DNA of 64,000 nt. Source: Octopus sinensis. Its lineage: Eukaryota. The DNA is taken from the NCBI RefSeq assembly GCF_006345805.1, contig NC_042998.1, positions 185,752,001-185,816,000 of the forward strand, written 5' to 3'. Positions 12,156 to 25,907 of this stretch are shown here, one piece after another; position 1 is the stretch's first letter; every line of letters begins with the position of its first letter. The translations under genes were made by a program, and so were the position numbers. The notes below the pieces were generated by a model. It was not told the DNA's origin and did not search any database. It saw only the letters and a program-made list of their open reading frames with translations.

Positions 12156-13089
12156 ACAACTTCAAAATTTCAACTCCAATCCCCACTTCTTAATTTTTCA
12201 CTTTTTCAAAAAAAATTTTTGTGGGGGGGGGGGGGGGGCGAAATACAGAGATTATGACTCTGAAAAGAAAAAAAATTGTTTGTAAAATTTTAATTTTTCA
12301 AAACAAAAAAAAAGAAAAGAAAAGCCCTTCTCCCCCTGATTCTGCGGCCTTCAAGTAGGCTATCCACATGCTAGAAATAACAGCCAAATCTCACACAAAC
12401 TCTTTTTGGCACATAGGTACATACTCTGTATCGAATGCTTTGCTCTATCAGTCTTTGCCTTTCCCTTGGATAACATTGGTGGCATGGAGAGGGTAGGTTG
12501 GTATGCATGGGTGACTACCGGTCTTCCATAAGCAAATTTGTCCGGACTTGTACTTTAGAGAAGAACTTTTTAGGTGTAATCTCATAGTCATTTATGACCA
12601 AAGGGGATCTCTACCCTTTTCTCCAACTAGACATTAGTAACTACACTGGTCCTCTACAAAAACTTGCACAACCACACCCACTTCTCATAGATCATTCCCT
12701 TGTCCTCTGGCATGAAGTTGACCCTACCCCACAGGATTTGTAGTTCTGCGAGGTACATGGCAACCTCAGTAGTCAGGTGGTATGAAAAGAAGCACCCAGT
12801 CTATGCTGTAAAGCGGTTGATGTTAGGAAGGGCATCTAGCTATAAATAGGAGACCAAAACAGACATTGAGCACACTGCAGTCCTTGGACACATCGTATCC
12901 TATCAAACTGTCCAGCCCATGCCAGCAAGGAACATGGATGTTAGATGGTGATGATGATGATGATGATTTATATATATATTTTTTTGTGAAAATGTTCCTG
13001 GATATAGCAACACAAAAGTAACCACTGCAGAGTTAATGATGATAATCTCCCACCGCTACCTCCCGGTCAGGGATAAATAGACAAATAGA

Positions 13090-13635
13090 TAACACCTATC
13101 TTGCCCAGGATATTAATCGTCTGGAAACTGTTCAGCGACGTGCAACCAAGAGAATACCCTCCATCAGGCATTTGCCATATTCTGAACGCTTTACTTCCCT
13201 GGGCATGGATACATTGAAACTCCGACGTCTGGCAGCTGACTTGGTAGACACCTATAAAATTATTAACCATCTTAACCAACAATAACTCTGAACACCTTTT
13301 CAAACTCCACCTGTCTAACACCCGTGGACATGTTTACAAAGTCAGAAAACCGCACAGCTCCCATGACTTTCGGAAACATTTTTTAACGCTAAGAGTTGCT
13401 GAAGTATGGAACAAACTGCTGGCATCAGTTGTTAGTTGTCGGAGCACTGCATCCTTCAAAACTTCCATGCTTCCTGAGATTTGCCAAACTACACCTGATT
13501 TTCTCCCCTCCATACACACGCAAGCATGTATCTGACTCATACATTGTTCACTTTCCAGACATTTGTACATTACTACATATGCGTTGAGAAGTTGTGGTGC
13601 ACCTAAGCACTGTATACAATAATTTTATTATTATA
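13090..13635 (+). mobile_element. CR1/L2-type LINE 3' end, same family as 9325-10170
   Basis: Highly similar nucleotide sequence to 9560-10120 with a short ATT tail. Confidence 0.85.
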
Positions 13636-14581
13636 ATAAATAAATGGATGAAAAAGTTCAAAATTTAAAATTTGGAGAGGGGGTCAAATTTGAACCCCTT
13701 ATTAAACTTTAGAACATTAATTATTAAACATTAACGTTTGTTTCTCATAAAATGGTGTACATTCAATTTACATTAAATTATTATTTACGATTATTTAAGG
13801 CAAGCACAAGCAAAACGCTAATTTTTTTCACTTTAATGTTTTTGTATTTAATTTCGATTTGCATCTATAATAATGAAATTATTGTATACAGTGCTCAGGT
13901 GCACCGTCAGTTCGCTACGATCTCTTTAAAGTAAACAAAATCAAAAATTTAAATTGGTAAGCGGGGTGAAATAAAAAAAAAATTGTTTTTGCATGTTCGT
14001 AATCTTCGATATCTAAAACGTAGGAATCCGAAAAAATTTTTTAAAGAAAATGCATTTTTTAAGGAGAGGTGCGAAACTGCATTAGCCCCCATATTTCGTC
14101 AAAAACGATTTCTGAAAAAAGTGAAAAATGAAGAAATGGGATGGGAGCGGGGGAGTTGAAATTTTGAAGTTGGGAGTTTTTGCCAATTCTTTTTTTTTCT
14201 TTCCGAACCGGGATCTCCATAGCCGAAACCGTGAGTTTCCGTGAACAAAATAAAAAAAAAAAAGTGGGAGGGGGTTGGTCACGTCTCCGCCACGTGCGCC
14301 CAAATAATAATCTAATTCTTTTGCCAGTGATTATACTTCTATTTTACTGAAAATAATTTGAAAGACATTTGTGCTATTTAATTCTTGAAAATGATAAATC
14401 TTTGATAAATAAACTCTTTCTCTCACGATTTTATATTATTTCTACACCAGTTTCCTCCCTTGAATACCTCCCGAATTTTTTTTGTTTTAGTTAAACTTAC
14501 CTCTTCTCATTAGAGAGTTCTTAAGCCAGCACAATGGTGGGCGAAGTGAGAGAACGTGATGCGGCTTTCCGCGGAAATAAA

Positions 14582-14659
14582 ATGATGAAAAATGCTACAG
14601 TAGAATCGATGGTTGTTGAGGATAGCAAAGAGCCTGAGAAACCAATCGACCGAGAAAAG
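14582..14659 (+). CDS. SAP18: SAP18 coding exon 1 (MMKNATVESMVVEDSKEPEKPIDREK)
   Basis: Conserved EPEKPIDREK motif, GT donor at 14660 (phase 0), CpG-richer upstream region. Confidence 0.93.
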
Positions 14660-15160
14660 GTATTTTTTTTTAAATGTTAATTTAAAAACATAAAATAGTT
14701 ACTAGCTTTGTAAGATAATCCATTTCCTTTCAATGTTTGTTTTAGTCCAAATAATAATAATAAACTTGTACGGTGCTAAGGTGCACTGTGACTCTTTGGA
14801 AAAAGGTAAAAGAGGCAGAGACAACAGCAAATTAAGTAAAGAAATAAAGCAATGATAGACAAATGTACATGCTTGCTATACAGGAAAAATAATAATAATA
14901 ATAATAATAATTGAAGAATCAGAAAGAGGAACGTCAAGAAGAGTATTGGAGAATTTCAGGAAGCATGAGATTTTTAAAGGATACGATGTCCCGCCAGCTA
15001 ACAACCAACGTAGGTTGTTTATTCCATGCTTCGACAATCATGAGCCTTAAAAGAAGAAAAGAAAAACAATGCAATCATGTCCCGGCTCGTTTTTGTTCAT
15101 ATCCGAAGTTCTAAGAAGTCGATAATGTTTGAAGTCAAGTCAACGTAACATATATATATA

Positions 15161-15203
<43 letters not shown>

Positions 15204-15221
15204 TATATATATATATATATA

Positions 15222-15403
15222 TATAAACATCTTATAATTAAGGGCCATAGAAGGTTATTCTAAAGCCAAATATACTGATTTATCCACTTATAATCAACTT
15301 GTTACAGGAAAATTGAACTGTAACAAGTTGATTATAAGTGGATAAATCAGTGTATTTGGCTTTAGAATAACCTTCTATAGCCCTTAATTATAAGATGTTT
15401 ATA
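15222..15403 (+). repeat. Foldback/inverted repeat in SAP18 intron 1: 86-bp arms, 10-nt loop
   Basis: 15222-15307 is the reverse complement of 15318-15403 except at 2 positions; abuts a (TA)n tract. Confidence 0.95.
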
Positions 15404-15663
15404 CTTCAACCGTAAAGGTTTTTTTAATATACTGCCACGCTTTTTGATGGAATCCTTTTCTGTAGAGAAAGGGACTTCATCCAATATTGTTAGTATATAT
15501 ATATATATATATATATATTCCCCGAGAAATCTACCAAGCTTTATTAATAAGTGTTTAATCTTTTTAATTATTATTTTATGCCATGTACGTATCAGCCTAT
15601 GTAGATTTTATATGTCAGTATCTCTTTTAATCTAATTACTCTACAAACTGCTTTTTTCTTCAG

Positions 15664-15770
15664 ACGTGTCCCCTTTTATTGCGAGTGTTCTGTAATACAG
15701 GTCGTCATCACCCTCTTAGTGAATATCTTAGAGGACAGACTCCATCGAACGAACTCCAAATATACACATG
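15664..15770 (+). CDS. SAP18: SAP18 coding exon 2 (TCPLLLRVFCNTGRHHPLSEYLRGQTPSNELQIYT-W)
   Basis: tttttcttcag acceptor, TG|gtaggc donor (phase 2); hallmark TCPLLLRVF and ELQIYTW motifs. Confidence 0.96.
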
Positions 15771-16639
15771 GTAGGCTTTATCGATTCTTTTCCTTAGATT
15801 TGAACTGTTTTTATGGCGCTCTTTCATTTCAGATTTGCAAAATATTTTTCAAGAGATTATCTGCCCTTATTATTAACGTAGAACACTTGTAAATTAAGTT
15901 GGTTTTCCTTTAATGAAGTTAAATAACTCAATGACTATATGATTTCTTGCATTGCTACAAAGCCACGTATTTGTAAGGAAGTGCTCAATCAATTAAATTA
16001 CAACTTCATAAATATTAAAATCGAGGAGTGTAATGGTATTAGTCCATCTTATGACTGATACTCTTTTACTCTTGTTTCAGTCATTTGACTGTGGCCATGC
16101 TGGAGTACCGCCTTTAGTCGAGCAAATCGACTTCAGGACTTATTCTTTGTAAGCCTAGTACTTATTCTATCGGTCTGTTTTGCCGAACTGCTAAGTTACG
16201 GGGACGTAAACACACCACCATCGGTTGTCAAGCGATGTTGGGGGACAAACAAAAATACGTAAACATATACGCACACATACATATATATATACATATATAC
16301 GACTGTCTTCTTTCAGTTTCCACTCCCAAGGCTTTGGCCAGCCCGAGGCTATAGTAGAAGACACTTGCCCAAGGTGCCACACAGTGGGAATGAACCTGGA
16401 ACCATATTGATATGAGAGGAGTGAAAATTAAGTGGACTCTGATTTGAGCATTGACTCATCATCATTTAGCATCTATTTCCCACCCTAGCATGGATAAGAC
16501 GATTTGACTGGAGCTGATAAGCCAGAATGCTGCACCAGGCTCCAGTTTGTTTTGGCTTGGTTTCTATGACTGGATGCCCTTCCTAATGCCAACGTCTCCA
16601 CAGATTGTACTGGGTGCCTTTTATGTGTCACCAGCACTG

Positions 16640-17210
16640 GCTACAACTACAATTTCACTTAGCTTGATGTGTCTTCTCAAGCACAGTAAATTGTGAAAGG
16701 TCTCTGTCACTTGTCATCACTTCCGTGAGACTCACCATCTGAAGATTATACTCTACTACCTTGTCCCATGACTTCCTGGGTCTACCACTTTCACAAGTTC
16801 CTTCAGTAGAGATAGGCACTTCTTTATGCAGCTGTCCTCGTCTATACATATCACATGACCATACCAGTACAGGCTGCCTCTTATACCTAATTTTTTAAAG
16901 ACATTTTCACTCTGTTGTATGTGTACAATGACATTGCACATCCAGCGAAGCATACTAGCCTCATTTTTTTTACAAGCTTTTGCATGTCCTCTGCAATCAC
17001 GTTTCACTGCCATGCAGCATGGCTGTCTACACAGAGGCATCATACAATCTGCCTTTCACCCTGAGGGAGAGGCCCTTTGTTACCAACAAAGGTAGAAACA
17101 CTCTGAACTTTGCCCAGCCTAATCTTATTCTAGCAGCTATGCCCTCAGAGCATCCACCTCCACTGCTGACTTGGTCACCTAGGTAACGGAAGTTATCTAC
17201 TACTTTTAAG
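16640..17210 (-). mobile_element. RTE-clade LINE 3' coding fragment
   Basis: NEASMLRWMCNV, KLGIRG, WYGHV and GRPRKSW..VV motifs across frameshifts. Confidence 0.85.
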
Positions 17211-20200
17211 TATCCCCCTGAGCATTTGACGAAGTCTATTTTCTGTACATTTGTAGTGTTTGTTGCCTCAGTGTTCTACTGGCTCAATGTTGGGAAGGCT
17301 GAGATGGTGTGTACTCATATCTATATACCTAAAACTAGCAAAGTCATGGTACACACTACCAAGTCATACTTAAGGACAGCTAAGCTAACAACTAGTCATT
17401 ATCTTTGCAACTAAAAATTGCTTCATTCATTCAGTTGAGAGCTGCTATAAATTTCAAGTAAGACCTGTTAGAATAATGCTCACATATCTGGAACAGTGCT
17501 GTGTTACACAGACACATCTCATGACTATCCAAAGCAAAGGCCATGTGACTCATTAGCAAATATTCACTCACCAGCATGTTCCCACCTCTAACTCACATGT
17601 TGTTTTATCTCTACTTCTATTTATAATACAGTGATCTCTGCACATGCTTTTCACTCAGGCCTATCTAACAGAATAGTCCCGTCTTGTCACTCCTATAGTG
17701 TCTCACCTTCTGGAGCTGCCTCCATTTGCAATCACCATCACACCCATGTTTTCCTGCTGACATAGACTTACAGTTGTTTAAACTGAGCACCATTCTAGTT
17801 GTACTCGCTAAGATGTAGTCTCTACAGGTCACTCCTGTCAAATCCACAAAAAAAAAAAATAACTCCAACTATTATTCATACTAAGGAACCATGTTTATTG
17901 ATTTATAAATACACAGAGATATATACAATTATTTACTGATTCACATATACTTATATGCAAACATACTAACTTGATATTGGTCCATGAATCTTTTTAATAA
18001 TTGAAATGACAATAAGGAATAATGCCTATATATATGTATGTGTGTGTGTGATTGTATGCTTGCAAGGATGTATGTTTAAGAGGTTCATTTCTCAATCTCA
18101 CAGTTTTTTATTCAGTCCGACTGTGGCATCTCAGGCAAGCATCTTCCACTGTAGCCCTGAGCTGACCAAATCCTTGTGAGCGAATTTCATTGACAGAAAC
18201 TGAAAGGATAAGGCGGCAAGCTGGCAGAAACGTAAGCACGCCGGGTGAAATGCTTAGCGGTATTTCATCTGCCACTATGTTCTGAGTTCAAATTCTGCCA
18301 ATTCCGACTTTGCCTTTCATCCTTTCGGGATCGATTAAATAAGTACCAGTTATGCACTGGGGTCAATATAATCGACTTAATCCATTTGTTTGTCCCCTCT
18401 GTGTAGCTCCTTGTGGGCAGTAAAGAAATAAGAAACTGAAAGGAGCCCTTTGTATGTGTGTGTGTGTATATATATGTATTATTGGACACCCTGTGGGATG
18501 AAAAACAAAACCTGCCAAAGGGTGGAGGAATTCTTGAGATTCAACAGCCATCCAATAAATGTCTTAAGGCTGTATCATGAGCGGGGACATAGAAATAATC
18601 GGACTGAATACCTGATCGCGCGGTTAAACCATTGGGAGTGAAGGACTCCTAGCCTTTGTTAGGGCATCTTTCTAGGAGAAGGTAACTCAGGTAACTGGGA
18701 TAGCTCTGGCATAAAACCTGCGGCTCAGTGGTTACCGATGATGTTGACTTGTTCTTCTTTCCAGATTATGGCTGCTGTTGCTTAGTGAGTGAGATTGACT
18801 CTGTGCACAGCCTTTCCTCACTTTAAAAAAGAAATCTTCTTGCACAGACATTGCACAATAACAACATTAAGCTTCGTGCAATGGCCATACTCAATAACAA
18901 GGGGGCAGCCACCATATATAAATATATGTATTTACTATACACACACATTTACAAAAATATGATTGTATAGCTATTACTATAAAATTGAATACATCCTGTA
19001 CTAATAAATATCTGAAAACCTTTCACTCCGGTACCTCACACCACCATCTCTGTCTTTCCAGCTACTCCTTCCCACCCTTATATTATGTGGGATAGTAATG
19101 TATCTCTGCTTGTTCATCTGTCATACTTTAACCTCTCAACTCCTGGCATAAAGCCACCTCCCTCCTCTCTCAAATACACCCCCACTCAATAAGGAGGGCT
19201 TTTCCCTTTTCTTTTCTTGCAAGTTATATAGTGACCTTACCAGTGACATTAAGAATAGCACCCAGCATACACTGTAAAGTGGTAGAAAATGCATTCAGCT
19301 GTAGAAACCATGCAAACCTGAGATTGGAGCTTGACGCAGTCCTGCTGTTTATCAGATCCTATCAAACCATCCAACCTATGCCAAATGCCTAATTTTCTTA
19401 AACTCTTAAGCATTTAAACCAGCCACATCTGACCCAAATATTCTACCTGCTTTATATTGAAACTGGTCAGATCTTGCCTCTAACACCTACTTCTCAATGT
19501 CATTCTAAAACTAATCAATCACATCTTTGAAATCTTGAAGCTGCATCATCATCATCATCATCACCATTTAACGTCCATTTTCCATGCTAGTATGGGTTGG
19601 ATGGTTCAATCAGGGTCCGGGAAGCCAGGAGGCTGCACCAGGATCCAGTCTGATCTGGCAGTGTTTCTACAGCTGGATGCCCTTCCTAATGCCAACCACT
19701 CCGTGAGTATAGTGGGTGCGTTTTACGTGTCACCAGCACAGGTGCCAGGGAAGGCTGACAACGGCCACGATTGGTTGGTGCTTTTTACATTCCACTGGCA
19801 CGGATGCTAGTTAATTTTAAAACAATGTGAATAAATAAGCATTACATTTGACAGTAATCTGAATGCTAACGGATTAAATTTCGAAACTCTTTCTAAAACA
19901 ATCAGACCAACATTTTTGTAACTAACTCTCTCACTGGTAGGGCGCATTATCTTGGTTAAGCATTTGAAATGAAGAATTGCTGGATAAAACATTAATCATC
20001 ATCATCATCAGTTTTTATTCAGTCCGACTGTGGCATCTTAGGCAAGCATCTTCTACTATAGCCCTGAGCTGACCAAATCCTTGTGAGCGAATTTTATTGA
20101 CAGAAGCTGAAAGGATAAGGCGGTGAGCTGACAGAAACGTTAGCACGCCGGGTGAAATGCTTAGCATGGGTTGGCTGGTTCGACCAGGGTCTGAGAAGCT

Positions 20201-21867
20201 AGGAGGCTGCACCAGGCTCCAGTCTGATCTGGCAGTGTTTCTACAGCTGGATGCCCTTCCTAACACCAACCACTCCGTGAGTGTAGTGGGTGCTTTTTAC
20301 GTGCCACCGGCTCGGAAGCTCATAAATATATAAGACCAGTGGATTCAGTTGCACTCAGAGACAGAAATAAAGTTGGCAGAATTCCACAACGCAGTCACTT
20401 GCAAACACATCCAAAAAGCAACCAAAAAGTGCAACATAAAACAGCAAAACCCCACTTATGCAACCAAAGTAACCAACATAGTTAAAATTGAGAACAGCCG
20501 TAAACAACTTAACTTTGAAACAGCAAAGAAAAGCAGAAATCAGGGGAATACTTGTATCCAACATGAAACAAACTGTAAATCAGGCCACATCAACATCATT
20601 GTTTTAATGTCCACTTTTCCATACATGCAAGAGTTAGAGTTTACTGAGGCAGAGATTATCTATGGCCAGATGCCCTTCTTGCTACCAACCTATACCTGTT
20701 TTCAAGCAAGGTAATATTTCCTCATGGCCAGATATGTTTTCACAGAATATTGGAAATGAATGGCATTTTGCAACATTAACATAAGAACACACACACATTG
20801 ACACATTGTCCTTCTTTTAGTTTCTGTCAATCAAATCCACTTACAAGATTTTGGTGGGCTTAATGCTATAGCAGAAGACTTGCCCAAGGTACTATGGAGT
20901 GGGTCTGAACCTGAAACCTTGTGATTGGGAAGCAAACTTCTCCACCTCACAACCATGCTGTGTGAAATAATAAAACCTTAGGTAACATAGACACACTTGG
21001 AAGAAGCAACATGAAATATTAATTGGCATATTGTCTCTCAAGTCACTAATCTTACATTTAAAATTTGCAACTTGCTGAATGTTGTATTGATTGGATCTGT
21101 CCATCTGCTCTTTTTAACCAATATCTATACAACTTTCCCAAATTTCTACAAGGCATACACACTGCTTCATACATGGTTGTCATAACACTGACACCCTCCC
21201 TTATGCTTCGGTCACAACTGCACAACTATTTCAAGCATGCATTCACCACCCAAAAACCTGGTTCCTTTATTTTCACAGTCACCCTTTGAGCTAGTGAGGG
21301 ACCCTCTACATCGTCGATCGGCCTGTTAAAAATAGTTAAGTCTCATCTTAACCTGTCATTTATAAAAAATAAAGGTAAAAAATACATTCAATAATATAAT
21401 CCTATATGTACTATGCTTGAGAAATGGATATGATGGTCGTGACTGGAATGTCTATAGGTGTGCTAAATGAGAGCTGATCTTGAGCTAAACTGTATCAGCA
21501 ACAATTGTCTCCCTTGCAACCAATACATGTTACAGAATGTCAATTTGACACCTGCCATCACAATTAAAATAAGCATACCCCCACCCCACATATACTCACA
21601 GACACATCACACATGAAGCAAAAGTACTAGGAACTACATTCACATAGAAAATATAATAAGCAAAGTACTTATACATGGGACTTAGTTAAACAGCCAAGAA
21701 TACACTGATGGATAACATTTCTATCTATTCAGGTGATGTATGAATAAAAAGAGAACTTTTCTCTCTTAAAAGCTTAAGCATTAAATTAGTCGAATGCAGT
21801 TATTGACAACATTTATAATGCCACAAAAGCGAACACCTTGAAATTTAAGAACATATTTTCAACAAAG

Positions 21868-22252
21868 GCACAGGAGTGGCTGTGTGGTAAGTAGCTTGGT
21901 TACCAACCACATGGTTCCGGGTTCAGTCCCACTGCGTGGCATCTTGGGCAAGTGACTTCTGCTATAGCCTCGGGCCGACCAAAGCCTTGTGAGTGGATTT
22001 GGTAGACGGAAACTGAAAGAAGCTTGTCATATATATGTATATATGTATGTGTGTGTCTGTGTTTGTCCCCCTAGCATTGCTTGACAACCGATGCTGGTGT
22101 GTTTACGTCCCCGTTACTTAGCGGTTCGGCAAAAAGAGACCGATAGAATAAGTACTGGGCTTACAAAGAATAAGTCCTGGGGTCGATTTGCTCGACTAAA
22201 GGCGGTGCTCCAGCATGGCCACAGTCAAATGACTGAAACAAGTAAAAAGAGT
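21868..22252 (+). mobile_element. tRNA-derived SINE family A (head AGGAGTGGCTGTGTGG, internal TA/TG microsatellite, GAGTAAA-type tail), full-length copy
   Basis: Same family at 7430-7680(-), 16050-16405(-), 29200-29590(+), 38390-38811(-), 38832-39270(+), 41570-41970(+), 48100-48505(-), 54950-55320(-) and 55845-55990(+). Confidence 0.88.
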
Positions 22253-22760
22253 ATAATGGAATGAAAAAGAATTAGAGTATCAATAATACTGATAGCTGTT
22301 TTATAGCCATTTATTTGTTCAATGTATGCCATTAATCTATCACTAAATGCCTTTAAAAATGTCATTAGACTTAATAAGTAATAGATGTCTCACTGTTTTG
22401 AGTTTAGATCTTACAAGGTTTCTATTTAAGGCTTCTTCACGATGGAGATGTTGATACCTTCATACAGGCCTTCTGAAGTTTGTGAGATTAATGTGGTTGA
22501 TGATGTTCTGTTGGAACATCTGTAAATTAGTATTTGCAGAGAAAGCTGTCAGTGGGAGGGCATTCCAGAGTGTTGACTATCTGAGGAGGAAGGATCAGGG
22601 AAAATGGTTGAAAATAAATATTAGTAATTATGATGAACGATTATACATTCTTGTATATTCTTTCTCTTAAAATCATTGACTTTTTCCCCCCAGTCAAAAC
22701 AAATTATTACATGTAGGAAAGTAAGAAGTGTAGTCTCAGCAAACTTTACAATTATATTCC

Positions 22761-22989
22761 TTAACCCTTTTGTTACTGTATTTATTTTGAGATGCTCTGT
22801 GTTTCTTTCAATTACTTTAAAATATAATAGAGTATTTCATAAAATAACTTAGTTATCATTCAGCTAGTGCTAGGAACATAAATTGTGACTAAGGTTTGGT
22901 GGAAGATTTTAATTCAAAACTTATGAAGACAAGACATTTGTACTCAGAACCAGAGCCTGTTTCAGCCGGGTTGGTAACGAAATGGTTAA
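22761..22989. mobile_element. TTAA-flanked MITE (piggyBac-like ends)
   Basis: TTAA-CCCTTT...A(A/T)GG-TTAA ends; inverted copy at 45784-46011 and truncated copy at about 35952-36140. Confidence 0.75.
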
Positions 22990-24180
22990 AACCTTTGAGA
23001 AAGTTCCTTAGTTGACTCTCATTCTTACATGACTCTTTTTCTAGTTTGTCTCTTGCTCAAAGCATCTTAACTTAAAATACAAATGTCATCTTCATTTTAA
23101 TGTCTACGTTTTCATGCTTGTATGGGTAAGGCAGATTTTCTACAGCCAGATGCCCTTCCTGTGGCCAGTCCTCACCTGTTTCTAAACAAGGTGATATTCC
23201 CTGTGGCTGAACACTTGTTTACAACTATCATGTGATGTCAAAGCAAGGATTCCCAAAATCACACACATGATAAGTTTCTTTCAGTTTCCATCTATCAAAT
23301 TCACCCCAAGACGTTTGTTGGCTTGGGGATTGGTGTACAAAGCACTTGCCCAAATTGTTGTGCAATGAGGCTGAATCTAAAACTGCATTGTTGGAGAGCA
23401 AACTTTTTAACCACACAAAAAGCACCCACTACACTCATGGAGTATTTGGCGTTAGGAAGGGCATCCAGCCGTAGAAACATTGCCAGATCAGACTGGGCCT
23501 GGTGCAGCCTTCTGGCTTCCCAGACCCCAGTTGAACCGTCCAACCCATGCTAGCATGGAAAGCGGATGCTAAATGAAGATGGTGATGATGAAATCTATCC
23601 ATTTGCCAGCCAAGTACTCATTTAACAATCCAAGATGAGTTTATTAATTTTTGAAATATTACACTTATTTTCCTTGCTAACATGCTGTTACTGTTGATTC
23701 AAAAGTCAAAATCTGCAATTACTATAAACAACTGGTAGGCATATGTATATATGCAAATGTGCATATACATAATTGATATGTATATATGTACTATAATGTT
23801 CTCATTGCCATCATTATTAAATACATTTTTTTTTTCTATGCTGACATGGGATGGATGCTTCTGTTCTGCTTCTTGTAGCCTGGCAAGTGTTTCTTACTAT
23901 AGTAACTGGGTCAGCCAAGCCTTGAGTGGATTTGGTTGGCAGAAAGTGAAAGATCATTATGTGTGTGCATGCTTATGTATCTATGTTTACATCTGGGTCT
24001 AAGAAAATTGCTTACTCTGGGGAGTATTGTTACCACTTCTGTCGAAAAGTTGTCTTCTGTTTCAAATGCTTTCAGAGATGTGTGAAGTAAGGGATCCCTT
24101 ATTTGAAAAGCAGGTATGGGTTAGTTTCAAGAAGAGCATCTGAATTTAAAATAGTGCTCCATTATACATTCATGTAACCC

Positions 24181-24476
24181 ATAGATTCCCAAAGTGGCGC
24201 TACTACCCCCTGGTTTATGCTGGTGTCTAAGGGAGTGGTGTGACGGCAGGGGGGGGGGAATAGAGAAAAGGGAGGCATTGGGGGACACTACGAATTTATA
24301 ATATTATAGTATTGTATACAAATTATATAATATTATATTAAATGTCAAATGATTCATTGTATATATAAATTAGTAAAATATAAAATATTTATTTATGCAT
24401 AAAAATAGGGGTGGGGGCACTGAGGGTATTATATGGCCATGAATGGGGTAGCCCCAAAATTTTGAGAACCTCTGAT
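24181..24476. mobile_element. Possible hAT-like MITE
   Basis: Imperfect termini CATAGATTCCCAAA / TTTGAGAACCTCTG. Confidence 0.4.
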
Positions 24477-24875
24477 GTAACCCTTACTAGCATACAAAAA
24501 TGACATCACCATCATTATTATACGTTTGTTTTCCATGCTGGCATGGGTTGGACGGTTCGACTGAAAACTGGTAAGCCAGGGAGCTGCACCAGGTTCCAAT
24601 CTGATTTGGCATGGATGCCCTTCCTAATGCCAACCACTCCAAGAGTGTAGTGGGTGTTTTTGTGTGCCACCAGCACAGGTACCACTGATGTGACACTGGC
24701 ATCGGCCACAACTCTGAGCCACAACTCTGATCTCACTTGGTTTGACAGGTCTTCATAAGCACGGTATATCGCCAAAGGTCTCAGTCACCTGTCACTGCCT
24801 CTGTGAGGCCCAATTCTCAAATGGTGCATTTTACATGTCACCAACATAAAAACAAATGAAAAAAATAAAGTATTA

Positions 24876-24910
<35 letters not shown>

Positions 24911-25343
24911 TGTCATATATGAATATGTCTGTATTCATATAAAGAAGGGCAAATTTCTAAACATCAAAGCTCTATCACAGGAATTTACTTAACAACAACA
25001 GTAAATTCATTAGAACTTAAGTTTAGAAATCTAGATATTCACTTGTTCCCAATTATAAATTGAATTTGTAGAATATGAATCAAATTGTTTTTTTTCCCTG
25101 ACTACTGCTTAAAATCCTTCATACTTATTAAATGGCATAACAGGCAAACTGTTCGAAAAACATGAATTATCCATGTGACATTATGCTTTAAAATTTGATC
25201 TAGATCAATCCAGAAGAAAATGTAACTTTCACCAACTATGTACACTCACAATTCTGCAACCTGTATCTAGTTTGATAAGTGCCAATGCATGAAGCTCTCA
25301 GACCTTGGCTCACTCTGTTGCTTCTGCTAAATATCAATAAAAA

Positions 25344-25375
<32 letters not shown>

Positions 25376-25537
25376 CCACTCACACATACATTTCTAATAA
25401 AAATACATCCTCATCATCATATATGTGCATGTCGTGTTATATCATATTGATACAAAACTGATTTACATTAGTTTTCATTTCTGTCAAAAGCACTGAACTT
25501 TTGTCTGAATGATTTTTTTATCTCTCTTTACTGACAG

Positions 25538-25820
25538 GATGGATGCCACATTGAAGGAACTTACTGGATTAGTGAAGGAGGTGAACTTAGATGCACGCAG
25601 AAAGGGGACATACTTTGATTTTGCTATGGTTTATCCTGACTTAAGACAACAGGTGTATCGTTTACAAGATATTGGCTCCACACGTTCTGGCCACCGTGGT
25701 GCAGATGATAATGTTACTTTGGCTAGTAAAAAATTCACAATCGGTGACTATCTGGATATAGCAATAACTCCTCCACGCTCAGGACCATTGCCCATCTCAC
25801 GAAGAGGAAGACCCTACTAG
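25538..25820 (+). CDS. SAP18: SAP18 coding exon 3 (W-MDATLKEL...IGDYLDIAITPP...RRGRPY*)
   Basis: ctgacag acceptor; phase 2 matches exon 2; total 468 nt = 155 aa + stop; conserved MDATLKEL, GDYLDIAI and C-terminal RPY. Confidence 0.97.
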
Positions 25821-25901
25821 TACTGATCAAAACATTGTTTACATGTATATGTTTCTTTTGATAGCTCATTTAATCCAAATCTCATCATTTATTGGTTTCA
25901 C

Positions 25902-25907
25902 AATAAA
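25902..25907 (+). terminator. Candidate SAP18 polyadenylation signal AATAAA
   Basis: About 80 nt after the stop, followed by T/GT-rich sequence. Confidence 0.55.

Noticed and set aside
19535-19810. ORFs starting with poly-His or containing FLQLDALPNANH (also 27149-27664, 43754-43960 and 46294-46680)
   Set aside because: Recurrent translation of the antisense RTE-tail repeat and its (CAT)n end.
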